Assembly: GCF_963921235.1 (NCBI RefSeq)
Contig: NC_086097.1
Location: 185,072,001-185,136,000 of the forward strand
Length of the DNA stretch: 64,000 bases
Direction of reading: 5' to 3'
Source: Mobula hypostoma
Lineage: Eukaryota
Position numbers and translations under genes: made by a program. This document shows, piece after piece, positions 11,124-22,924 of this stretch. The notes beneath the pieces were generated by a model. That model saw only the letters and a list, made by a program, of their open reading frames with translations. It was not told where the DNA came from and made no database searches. Position 1 is the stretch's first letter. Every line of letters begins with the position of its first letter.

Positions 11124-13383
11124 TATGTTGGAGAAGCACTCATTCAGGAATATTCTATGACACTTTCAATGTGTCTTGCAAATGTTGGAACATCTTTTGG
11201 AAGTGGGGATATGATTCATTGTCTAGACGTTTCTGGCAACAATACCTAGACTTTTAAATATTGTGCAGTGGTCATGTCTGATATTGTTACTGACTGACAT
11301 ACATGTAAAATGTAGAATGCTGATCATAGTGTTTCTTTCCTTCATGATGGTGCTTTCCCTACCAATGGGGGATCCAGTCTGGTGCTTATGATCCACAAAT
11401 AGGAAGATGAACTCCAAGAAAATTCCCCTTATCAATGAGAGATTACAGGATGTGATGGTGTAGGACAAATATGAATCATTTGCAATGACTTGCAGCTGTA
11501 TATTGCAAGTCGATAATCTATCCAGGCCTTTACCCAAAGTCTCCTTTCACAAATAAATCAGATTTATATCAATATGACATCTATCAAGAAACACCCAAGA
11601 ACATTTGATACAAGGGCTAATGGCTGTAATGATAAAAAATTGTGTTCTTCAACTAACTTCTAGTCCATCTACTATATAATGTGGGGAACTCCCCAGGTAT
11701 ATCCACTCCACAAATCCAATTAACTAATCACTACCCCTTCAATCTTCCCTTGAACATCAAGAAATTGACACAGTTGTCAAACAGTACAAACAATGACATG
11801 CCCATTATGTTCTGTTTTGGCTTAGCCAGACTCATTTAGCTTCAGACCTTATTTCAAAGACAAGGTAAAAGGAACTGAGTTCCAGTGGCAGTTCACGTGA
11901 AGACATGACTTGACTTAGTGTTGCACATGGAACTCTGGTAAAACTTAAAAGAACAGCAACAAAAGTGATAACACTCAAATAGCCGGAATCAAACCTGGTG
12001 TAAACATTTTTGAAGTAGATTTCTTCAGTTCCTGGATGTTCCTGGCTCAGATACAACTGGCCTTCCCTCTCTTTATAAGGTCAAGGGATAATCAATATTG
12101 ACGGTACAATGTTTAATTTTAATTTACAGCTCTACAGAATATTTAGTCACTAATGACGTGTAATAGTCTCTACGCTGAATGTATGCAAGAAAATGAAGCT
12201 TAACCAATAATGAATCCCCACTATCAACATCAGTGCCATCTCCATTTACCAGAAACATAACTAATCCTCAACTATTGAGGTGATAAGAACATGTGAGAGG
12301 CTTGGTATTTGGGTCACATCGTGGGTTTTGATGAGGGTCATGTGTCTTTATGAAGGTGTGGACTTTAAAAATCAGATGGCAGGCCACAATAACACATTCA
12401 GTACAAAGGTGTTTATGGTGTGCCAGAGATGGAAAACTTCTAGAAAAGGTGGAAAAGTAGTTACAGTGCAAAACTTACAAAAAGAGAAAATGCAGATTAT
12501 ACACCTCCACCTCCTACACCAAAATGATCCTTTAAATAAGGATCTCCTTACTCTAGGATAATAGAGATAGTCCATTCTTTGGAATGCAGGGAAGTTGTTA
12601 CCATGAGCCCGAACAATTACACAGAAAACAAAACACAGGAATCCACATCCTTCTTCACAATCACAAATGTCCACAAATATATTCATCACAACAAGATCAC
12701 AATGACATTGCACAACCAAAATCAATCAATAACTAACATTTTCCAGGAGCCAGCACTCTCCCCATATCCCCAAAAAGAGCTCTTCCACTGAGCCAGCATA
12801 GGGCATGTGCTACTACAAACAGGCACTCATCCCTCAGGTCCCCTCCATGAAACTGGAAGCAATAGCAAACAGGACACCGTCAAAGAATGCCACGGTCCTG
12901 GAGTGCGCAAGTACAAACAGAAGTGTCTATGTAGCACATTAGCCTGGCATGTGCACCCGCTAAGCATAACATCAGCACTGCCAGACAGGGATATCATTGA
13001 AGCCCGACACCACACACAACAACTCACTTTGACCCCTCTAGATTCACTTCCTCTAGCACTCTGGCTGCATTATGGATCATTTACAAGAGTCCAGAGAAGA
13101 AGCAATTTAAACATCATGTGCCAAACATGTCACCTAAAAGATGAAAATAGCAGTTGAACATAAAAATTATCAACAACAAATTCCCCCCATGCTGTTGCAC
13201 AGCATCCTGAGCTGCAAACCTACACTCAGTGACCATTTTATTCGGTACACCTGTACACCTGCTTGTTAATGCAAATATCTAATCAGCCAATCATGTGGCC
13301 GCAACTCAATGCATTAATACATGCAGACATGGTTAAGAGGTTCAGTTGTTATTCAGACTAAACATCAGAATACGCAACAAATG

Positions 13384-14064
13384 GGCACAAGGAGGAGAAG
13401 ATGGCGGCGCAACGCAGCGCACAGCAGCCACTCTGGTGAATGATATCTGTTATCTGTCAAGTAGGGTGCCATGCACAATCCTGATTTGATGGAGGCAGAC
13501 GTGAAAGAACGGAGGAACATCTGGAGAAACTTCTGAAATGCCGTTTTCGCTGCCACTACTACTGTGTGATCCAGAATCTCCGGAGGGGAAGACCCCGAGC
13601 CCTTGGCTTTGCTTGTTGCTTGGCAGCCGGGGCGGGGTCAAAGCGCTCGGCAGAGATGGTGCTCGGTGTCAGAGGGCTGGTCGGAGGTGCAAAGTTTTCG
13701 GACGGACTCAGAGTCGGCTGTGGTCGGGTGCTTCCAATGCATCGGCAGTTGTCGGCACCTGGAGGTTTATGGCAGGGAGAGTTTCTCCCTTTTGCCGCCT
13801 GCTATCGGGACTATCGGGAGTCAATCGGAACGTTGAGACTTTTTTTTTAACCATGCCCATGGTTTGCTGTTTATCAAATTATGGTATTGCTTTGCACTGC
13901 TGTAACTATATGTTATAATTATGTGTTCTTGTCAGTGTTAGTCTTTGGTTTGTCCTGTTTTTTTTGTGATATCACTCTGGAGGAACATTGTATCATTTCT
14001 TAGTGCATGCATTTTTAAATGACAATAAACGAGGACTGAGTGTCCTCATAATCTAATCTAATCT
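13384..14064 (+). mobile_element. Non-autonomous LINE-related element (~680 bp) inside the Tc1 element
   Basis: GC-rich head gaggagaagatggcggcgc; tail aaatgacaataaa...(atcta)3; Tc1 sequence resumes afterwards; possible aaatg TSD. Confidence 0.7.
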
Positions 14065-14275
14065 AAATGTGATCTAAGGGACTTTGACTGTGGAATGATT
14101 GTTGGTGCCATACAGGGTGGTTTGATACAAAAACAAGTTGGTTTGACTAACACAGAAACTACTGATCTGGGATCTTCACACACAACAATCTCTAGAGTTT
14201 ACAGAGAATTGTGCAGGAAACAAAAAACATCTAGTGAGTGGCAGTTCTGTGGGAAAAACTGCTTTGTTAATGAAA

Positions 14276-14420
14276 TTGTTAACGCTTTGTCCTGACGAAG
14301 GGTCTCGGCCTGAAACGTCGACTGCACCTCTTCCTACAGATGCTGCTTGGCCTGCTGCGTTCACCAGCAACTTTGATGTGTGTTGCTTGAATTTCCAGCA
14401 TCTGCAGAATTCTTGTTGTT
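14276..14420 (+). mobile_element. 145-bp Penelope pLTR-only insertion
   Basis: Matches the 3' end of the PLE at 6437-7592; 13-bp TSD TTTGTTAATGAAA (14263-14275, 14421-14433). Confidence 0.9.
14289..14322 (+). ncRNA. Minimal hammerhead ribozyme, intact core
   Basis: GUC-CUGACGA-AGG-gucucgg-CCU-GAAAC-GUC-GAC; stem I only 3 bp. Confidence 0.7.
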
Positions 14421-15439
14421 TTTGTTAATGAAAGAGGTCAGATGAGAATAGCCTAAATGGTTCAAGCTGACAGGAAGGCGACATTAACTCAAATAACCAC
14501 ACATTACAGCAGTGCTGTGTAGCAGAGCATCTCTGAATGCACATGTCAAATCTTGAAGTGAATGGGCTACAGCAAGCAAAACACCATGAACATATAGAAA
14601 TACACACAGTGTCCACTGACTGTACTGTATACGAGGAGGAATTATGCTGGAGTGCCCATCATGGAATTCTGGAATAAGTCTAATTGAAGCCTCCATAACA
14701 TGTAGTAAACCTCCACTTTTACAACTGCTCCTGCTCTACCACTTCCAGTTCTGTAGTAGATGTAGCATAGCACTGCTGCTCAAAATGCACGGCCAGGTAT
14801 GAAAGATCAATGTGCATACTCAGTAAATCTTAACCTCCTGAAATAGTGCAGAGTTAAATGGATGGAAAAAAAGACTTTCCTCAGTACTATCCTTCTAATG
14901 AGTGAAATCCCTACAAATCCATACAAGTGAAGGAGAAAGTAGATTTGATATGGAAGTTTGCAATGTTACTTTAAATTCAAATATGAATATAATTTAAAAT
15001 CATGTTATAATTTCATTACAATTTGGCTAGATAATTTACTGTATGGCTTTGCAAAATATGCTTAACTTTGCTTATTATTTTCAAAAAAATCCGTCAAATT
15101 GCTAATAAAACTAAACTATGCCATTAAACTTTATTTCTGCACTGAGAAAAATCTACTTTTTGAATATAATAAAAAGCAAGTGCCGACACTTCTGTTAAAT
15201 GAATATTATTGAATAAAAAAGCCTCAAAAGGAATGTTCAGCATCCTCTGCAATTTGTTCTAATATATTTGTTATAATTTGATTCATGATGGTGCAGAAGC
15301 ATAGCAACTCATTGCCAGCCGCTCTCTGAAGATCCGCTCACTACTTCTATTACAACCACTCCACACCTTTAAATTGAAATTCCATGTCTCTACAAATTAC
15401 CAATAATGTTATTTTTAATCTGCAAGTCTGACAATCTAC

Positions 15440-15700
15440 TGACCTCCAGGAGTTTCTGATCTACCAACCCATCCTAGTATGATAAAATGGACTCTTGACC
15501 CCACAAACTACCTCGTTATGACCTTGTACTTTATTGTCTATCTCCACAGCACTTTTTCTATAACTGTAACACTTTATTCTGCACTTTATTGTTGTTTTAC
15601 CTTGAAAAATTTCTCTGTACTTTCTTAATAAATTGATTTGTATGAATAGCATGTAAGTTAGTTTTTCACTGTACCTCGCAGTATATATGACAATAAAAAA
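15440..15700 (+). mobile_element. Rex1/L2-type LINE 3' UTR fragment
   Basis: ttttcactgtacctc...atgacaataaa tail motif shared with other Rex-type tails. Confidence 0.5.
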
Positions 15701-16699
15701 AGCAATTCAACAATTTGCCAGTTGTATATTTTCTCTGACATTGCAATAAGCTCTGATGATAACTCTGTTTCCAATCTTGGGGAGAAGATTATTTCTCTTG
15801 TTGTGAGTTACATTGTGGACATGAGCACGATGAATATTTTGATGAGGATTTTGATTTCTGTTTATGACTTTGACAAAAATGCTTCCACTGAAAAATTGAC
15901 AGAGCCAGAGAGAAATTATGTCAATCATTAGAATGTGCTTGGAGCTATCTCTACGCACTGTAAGTAACAAGTTTACTAGGCAGCTTTGGCTGTCTGTCCC
16001 TCTGGGTACATTCCTTTTATTTACTTTGAATCAAAATTCAAGAGGTTGTAAATATTTATTTATTAGGATAATGAGTTGGAAATAGTTTTTCATGTATAAC
16101 ACACAAACCAGTGCAATTAAAATGTTACTCTTTTGAAAGTGAAAATTTTAGAAAGTGTTTTTCAATTGCATTGCAACCATTGAAAATGCCTGCAGCATGA
16201 GAGCTTCTATTGTTAGCTGAAGCAGCAGATAATGCACAAACTTCTGAAACACAAAGTTGAGGAAAAATATTCAAATATTTGTCACAGGAATAGCATCCCA
16301 TGAAGATTCAATTGGTAAAGCAAAAGTAGTTTGGATGCTGGAAATATTCAAACAGCCAGCACTGTGGAGAGAGAGGTGAAATTTAAAATACCAGTGCATT
16401 CCTGGTGGCAATCACTTGTAATATTAACTTTGGTTCACCCTCCACAGATGCTGTCTGGCTTGAAAAAATATTGCAAAATCTCCTTTCATTTAGTTTATTG
16501 CTCTACTGAAACCAGAATGAAATTGTTGTGCAATTAGCATCTCGCTAAAAGTACAAACATAACGAAGGCACGTTATTCCTGGTCTCCTGTCTTTCTTGCA
16601 ATTAGTTTTATGTTTTGGAGTTATAAAAAATAATATAACTGAATTGTGCAAGATCAACAATGGAAATATTGAATTGCAAAACTGTTAGAGAATATAAAC

Positions 16700-17510
16700 G
16701 TAACAGAGATCTGGATGGCTTTTAAAAGTTGCAAATGCGCCCACCTCAACACTAATTCTGGCGGCTCATTCCAAAGTATGCTCCACCCTTCGTGTGAAGC
16801 AACTGCCCCGAAGTCTGTTTTTTTAAAACACTCATCTCTGCTGTCTCACCCTGCTTATTCCCCTCATGATCTTATCTACCTCTATTGTCACCCCTCAGTC
16901 TCCTGTGTTCTGGGAAAAAAACACCCTTGTCCACACAGCTGCCCCGTGAAACTCAGTAACCCCCTCCTCAGGCCAGGCAGCATCCTTGTAATTTTTTCTG
17001 CACTCTTTCTAGTTTAATAGCATCTTTCTTGTAACAGGGTGACCAAAACTGTACACAATATTCCAAGGGCAGCCTCACCATCTAATAGAAGTGCCATATA
17101 ACTTCCCAATGCATATATTCAATGTCACACATAGGAAGTTCTGCAGATTCTTGAGGTCTTGAGCAATACACACAAACGCTGGAGGAACTCTACAAGTCAG
17201 GCAGAACCTATGGAGGGAAAAACACAGCTGATGTTGGGCTTAAACCATTCATCAGGCACAAGAATTGATGACCTGACTGACGATGACCAGTGTGCCAAAC
17301 AACTTCACTGCCTTATCTACCTATGACTTCAGCAAACTATGCACTTGCACTCCTAGGTCCCTTTGTTCCATCACATTCCCTAGCACCCTAACATTCACTG
17401 CGTAATTCCTACCCTAGTTTGACCTCTCAAAATGTAATACCCCATATCTATCTGGATTGAACACCTGTTGCATATCTCAGCAAACATGCCAATCTGATCA
17501 AAATCCACCT
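16700..17510 (-). mobile_element. Old CR1 fragment with a nested decayed Penelope tail (~17135-17258)
   Basis: ccaggcagcatccttgtaa..., gaccaaaactgtacacaatattccaag (antisense of LEYCVQFWS); PLE tail cacacaaacgctggaggaactc. Confidence 0.7.
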
Positions 17511-17513
17511 GCA

Positions 17514-18495
17514 TTTTCTTTTCTTTTCATATCTTATTATTATTATCCAAAATTAACAAGTGTACATCAAAGTAGGCAACACTTACAATGTCTCAAGAAA
17601 AAAAAACATTATTTTAAAGATTGAAAAAATGTTGGTGACAAAAAATAGAGAAAAGAGAGAAAAAAAAACCATTAGGTGTTCACCCCAGAGCCATGCATCA
17701 TACAAAAAGCTTCTAAAGATAAACATCAAACCGCGAGCAAGAAAAAGAAGTACCAAAGATTTACAATTAGACTGTGGAGGAAATAACTCAAATGATAGCA
17801 ACAAGCAAATGAACCCCATCTTTTCCTAAAATCAAACATAGGTTCAAAAGTTCGACTTTTAATTTTCTCCAAACTAAGACATAGCATCACTGGAGAGAAC
17901 CATTGTGACAAAATGGGAGCCGATTTATCCTTCCACTTCAACAAAATGGCCCTCCTCGCTATCAATGTAACAAATGCAATAACATGTTGGTCAGTCAAAG
18001 AGATACCGCAGATATTTTGAGGAATTATTCCAAAAAGCACAGTTAATTTGTTAGGTTGTAAATTAATTTTAAGTGTTTTAGAAATTGTAGAAAAAACTGA
18101 CTTCTAGAACTGTTCCAGTATAGAACAAGACCAAAACATGTGTGTCAGTATAGCTGTCTCAGTTTTACGTCTATCGCAATAACTATCAACATTAGGAAAC
18201 ATTTTAGACAATCTCTCCTTCGTCAAATAGTAATGATGTACAATTTAAAATTGAATCAGTGAATGACTAGCACATATCGAAGAAGAGTTAACCAACTTCA
18301 GAATCCGCATCCAGTCCTCCATCATAAAAGTCAAATTAAGATCCTTTTCCCAATCTTGTCTAATCTTAAATAAAGGATGCTTATCCCATTGTAATAGTAA
18401 ATTATAAATTCTTCCAATGAAACCCTTCATCAAAGGGTTCATATTTGTAATAGTATCTAACAGGTCAGCATCCAATATGTAAGGAAAATTATACA
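17514..18495 (-). mobile_element. L1-clade LINE 3' end (ORF2 C-terminal zinc-finger region + 3' UTR + A-rich tail)
   Basis: Minus peptides IRQDWEKDL, LIQFKIVHHYYLT, CDR..TETAILTHMFWSC, IARRAILLKWK, LSLEKIK; second copy at 35733-36432. Confidence 0.9.
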
Positions 18496-18539
18496 CCTGT
18501 CACATAATCCTCTGATGATAGTCATCTGTCACATCCAAC

Positions 18540-19730
18540 AATGGCAGTCATTCTTAGGCAGTTCATCTGTTATGGATCTGAAGGTGCTGTACAGTCGAAG
18601 TCTTAGCAGTAAACCTGATTGCAGTGAGGGCAGGGGACCTGTCCTGAGTCAGCTGGAGTAATTGCCACTGCAGCCTTCCATCGCTCTTGGGCAGCCAACA
18701 GGTCTCCATGATGCCTCTCCTCAAAATTGGCATGGGCGAATCTTACCATGGCATGCCATCCAGTCTGGTCTTGTGCACAATGTTTTAGCTGCCTTGGAGT
18801 AAGTTCAGCATATGCGATGCTAGCTTTTGCTCAATCTTTGAATGCCTTGCGAGACCTACCTTGTGTCTTCTTCCCAGAGGTAGCATGCCATACAGTAGCT
18901 GTTTGGGAATTCTGGAGTCCTCCATGTGTATGACATGTTCTGTCAATCAAAGCTGGGCTTTCAGGGTCATGGCCTCAATGCTCGTGGTCTCCGCTCTACC
19001 AAGGACTTCCATGTTTATGACTTGATCCTGCCAGCGAATGCCTAGGATTGACCTCAGGCTATGAATGTGGAAGCACTCTAGTTATCTGAAGTATCTTCTG
19101 TAAACAGTCCACATTTCACAGCCATAAAGGAAACTGCAAATGGCAACAGTATTGTAGACCTTGAGTTTTGTAGATAGTTGAATGTTGTGCTGGCTCAACA
19201 TGCGTTTAACGTGGGCAGCTAAGGTTTTGCCGGCTTTGCAAATCCTGGTATTGATCTTCTTATCTAGGGAGCCATCACCAGAGATGATACTGAACTCATC
19301 TACCGTATTCAATTTTGTGATGGAAAGAGGGTCAATTGCAGATCTGGGAGCAGAGTGAAATAGGACTTCTGTCTTTACCAGGCTGATGGTGAGGCCAAAG
19401 GGACAAGAGGCTTCTGCAAAGCTGTTGACAATGAGTTGGAAATCAGACTCTGTGGGCCATTGAGGAACAGTCATCAGTATAAAGCACTTCAAGGACGAAC
19501 TTCTCAATCATCTTCAACTTGGCATTCAGACGACAGGTTAAAGAGTGATCCATCAAGCTTGTACTTCAGGTACACTCCCTGTTCAAGGTCTCTAATGGCA
19601 TGGTTCAGCATGCATGTGGAGAGTAGGTTAAAAAGCACAGGGGCCAACACATACTGCTGTTTCATGCTATTTGAAATGTTAAATGACTCTGAAGCTTCTC
19701 CATTTGACAGGATGAGCCAGTCATACTGCA
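18540..19730 (-). mobile_element. RTE-clade LINE fragment (RT)
   Basis: Minus peptide FAEASCPFGLTISLVKTEVL...RICKA...STKLKVYNTVAICSFLYGCEMWTVYRR. Confidence 0.85.
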
Positions 19731-20150
19731 GAGTCCTACAAATTATATTACGACTGATCCATTATTACAGACAGGACAATCCATAATAACTGTCTGGATA
19801 CAATATTACAGGATAAACAAGCAAGAACAATTTACTTAGTAGATATAGCCATTCCAAACACACATAACATACAGAAATCAATGTGAAACACTCCAGAAAT
19901 ATGCAGAATTAAAAGAGGAAATTTAAGTCTATGGAACATGAACAGGGTATACATTGTCCCGATAGTAATATCTGCAACTGGTATCATCCCAAAGTTACTA
20001 CACAATAGCATTAAACAATTACAGCTATACAGCAATACCTGTGTAAATCTTCAGAAAGACACCATTAGAATAATTCAAAGGTCTGTAGCAAATGAGAAAT
20101 TAGTATGCTTGTCTATGGTTGTAACTCAGGTTTTATCAGCTTGAGATGAG
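19731..20150 (+). mobile_element. R4/Dong-clade LINE fragment (restriction-like endonuclease C-terminus)
   Basis: ITDRTIHNN.LD...DKQARTIYLVDIAIP...KYAELK...VYIVPIVISATGIIPK. Confidence 0.82.
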
Positions 20151-20854
20151 AAAGATTAAAATATGAAATATTTGTGAAATATCTCCTCAGGTTTGAGATG
20201 ATGGCCCAGATATGGCAATACCAGAGGAAGAGTGGGCCTGCCAGATGTGCCACTAATGATGGGTGAAGCCCTCGAAGCCTACACTGCAATGGCTGAAGAA
20301 AGGCCCAACAACAATCCTGACTTAAAGGATGCATTGTTGGGTAAATTTGATATCTCAGCAGAAACCTATCATCAACACTTCTGTTCCTGTACTCTACCAT
20401 CAGGGGAGTCACCCACTGAGATGTTTCATCACCTGAGTGATCTCTACCACTGATGGATCTGACCAGAGTAGAAGTCCAAGGAGGAGATTGATGAGGCTAT
20501 TGTCCTGGAACAGCTACTGTGGGTGCTTCCTCCGACACCAGAACATGGGTCTAAGAGCATGAGCCAGCGGATGGACTTACTGTGGCCTGACATGCCCCGC
20601 AGTACCTCAATGCCCACAAGGGATGTCATCATGGCCATCATTTCGAAGCACCAGAGACTCTCACCCTCTAAGGACTGTCAGTGTAACTCTGCAGAATTGA
20701 GTTGGGGAGTTGGGGAAATGAGGGAGAAGAAACTACCAAAGTTTCTTTGAAGATTTTTATTTCCCACCATTGTCAACAACCAAATCCGTTACAGAAGCCC
20801 AGATTGTCAGGTATGTGCTATGTACTAGAGATGGTGAATATAATAAAGACAAAA

Positions 20855-21195
20855 AGGACCATAAGATATAGGAGCAGAATTAGGCCATTCAGCCCATTGT
20901 GTCTGTTCTGCCATTCTATCATGGCTGATGATCCCTTTCAAACCTATTCTCCTGTCTTTTCACTGTAATCTTTGATGACTTACTAATCAAGAACCTATCA
21001 ATTTCTGCTGTAAATACAGCAAAATGACATGGCCTCCACAGCCATCTGAGGAAATAAATTCCACAAATTCAATATCCTATGGCTATAAAAATTCTTCCTC
21101 GTCTCTGTTCTAAAGGGACATCTTTGTATTCTGAGGCTGTGCCCTATTATCCTAGACTTCCCACAATAGGAAACATCCTCTGCACATCCACCCTG
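20855..21195 (-). mobile_element. CR1 3' end
   Basis: gaccataagatataggagcagaattaggcc tail; antisense of VVNLWN coding. Confidence 0.8.
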
Positions 21196-21267
21196 CAGAA
21201 AAAGCCAGAGTAGTTAGGGGCTTAGGAATTAGGAGTTAGATTGAGGTGCAGGGAAACATCTCCCGAT

Positions 21268-21700
21268 TATAAGACCATAAGACCATAATATATTGGAGCA
21301 GAATTGGGCCCATCAAGTCTGCTCCACCATTTCATCATGGTTGATCCATTTTCACTCTCAGCCCCAATCTCCTGCATTCTGCCCATATCCATTCATACCC
21401 TCACCAACCAAGAATATATCAACCTTTGCCTTAAATACAGCCAATGACTTGACCACCACAGCCGTCTGCGGCAAAAAATTCCACAGATTCACCACTCTCT
21501 GCTAAAGAAATTCCTCCTCATTAGCATTCTAAATGGATGTCCCTCTATTCTGAGGCAGTGCCTTCTGGTCTTAGACTCCCCCAACAGGGGAACCATCCTC
21601 TCCACATTCACTCTATTGAGGCTTTTCGACAGTTGATAGGTTTCAATGCGGTCACCCCTCATTCTCCTGAATTCCACTGAGTAGAGGCTCAGAGCCATGA
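21268..21700 (-). mobile_element. CR1 3' end
   Basis: (ataagacc)2 tail; minus peptide LYSVEFRRMRGDRIETYQ. Confidence 0.85.
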
Positions 21701-22534
21701 CGATGATGATAATGACTGTAATGATTGGGAATATGGTAATAGAAAACAAGCAGAATGTCAAGAAAAAGAGCCCATGTATATAATAGTCAAAGTTAATGGA
21801 AAATCTCTTTAAGATTCTGATAGCGCACTGTCATTTATTAAGAAAAGTCATGCCATGCCTTTGATGTTGACTACACTCACAAAATACCAGTGCAATGTGT
21901 CCATGGTGACAGGAAATTTGAGCTGGATGACCACAGATGCAAGTTGGGGTGCTGGAGAAACTACCAGCTGACATGATTCTGGTGGGAGATTTTCTCATGT
22001 TACCTGGGTTACTGAGAAAGGAAAATTGCCAATCACTTCTAGCTGTTCATCCAGGAGCAGGATAGTGCTGTTTTGTAATTTGGCATGACTCATGCTAAAA
22101 CCAAAGCAATGATTAGGTTACAATCTCTGCCTGACTTGGATGCTAGTCCATGTGAGGGAGGAACCAAAAGGCCTAGGGAGTCACCTTGGCAATGGTGCTG
22201 TGGGAAATATGCTGGTTCTCTGCCTCTGTTGATATTTGGATTGATGATGTAACCATTGATGATGACTCTGCAGGGGTTCTGAAGGCTTGGAAGGGATCTG
22301 GGAAGGTTGTGCTCTCCTATCATAATGGTCACAAACTAGTGGAGCTGCTGATTTTCCACAGCTGTTCCAGCAGAGACCAGGGCTGAAAAATTGTTCCATC
22401 AGGATCAGACTGACTAGGTTTCAGTATGCCAACACTGCTACAGAGAACCAGAGCAACTTGTGGAACCCTGAAGGATGAGATTCGGACCAATCCTGGAGCT
22501 GGGAGTCACCACGCCTTGTTTGGTTCTATTCTCA

Positions 22535-22799
22535 AACAAGAAAAAATCTGCAGATGCTGGAAATCCAAGCAACACACACAAAATGCTAGAGGAACTCAGC
22601 AGGCCAGGCAGCATCTATGGAAAAAAGCACAGTCGACATTTTGGGCTGAGACCCGAAAAGTCAATTGTACTTATTTCCATGGTTGCTGAGTTTCTCCAGC
22701 ATTGTATGGGTCCTGCCAATGGGTCTCAGCCCAAAACGTTGACTGTACTTTTTTCCATAGATGCTGCTTGGCCTTCTGAGTTTCTCCAGCATTTTGTGC
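22535..22799. mobile_element. Composite Penelope pLTR insertion (one inverted + two tandem tail copies)
   Basis: Minus tail copy then two plus copies; 14-bp TSD TGGTTCTATTCTCA (22521-22534, 22800-22813). Confidence 0.85.
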
Positions 22800-22924
22800 T
22801 GGTTCTATTCTCACATGATTTTTTCTTCTCACCTGCATTCACCTCCCTCTAGTGCCCATCCTTCTTTCCTTTATTCCATGATCCATGTCCTCTCCTATCA
22901 GATTTTTCTTCGTCATCCCTTCCT

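Larger units (their letters stand above)
13223..14622 (+). mobile_element. Tc1/mariner non-autonomous element with two nested insertions
   Basis: TA|CACTCAGTGACCA start and GTCCACTGACTG|TA end (TA TSD); internal degenerate Tc1 HTH coding MIVGAIQGG...TTISRVYREL. Confidence 0.8.
20178..22010 (+). mobile_element. Decayed Gmr1-like Gypsy LTR retrotransposon (SCAN-type gag + protease remnant), interrupted by CR1 tails
   Basis: YLLRFEMMAQ...GEALEAYTAM...LKDALLGKFDISAETYHQHF...ESP...WI*PE*KSKEEIDEAIVLEQLL.VLP...TWV*EHEP; later VKVNGK..DSDS and LPADMILVGD. Confidence 0.8.

Noticed and set aside
12600..13157. Possible Harbinger-like transposase remnant
   Set aside because: Only vague motif resemblance; no TIR or convincing catalytic motif found
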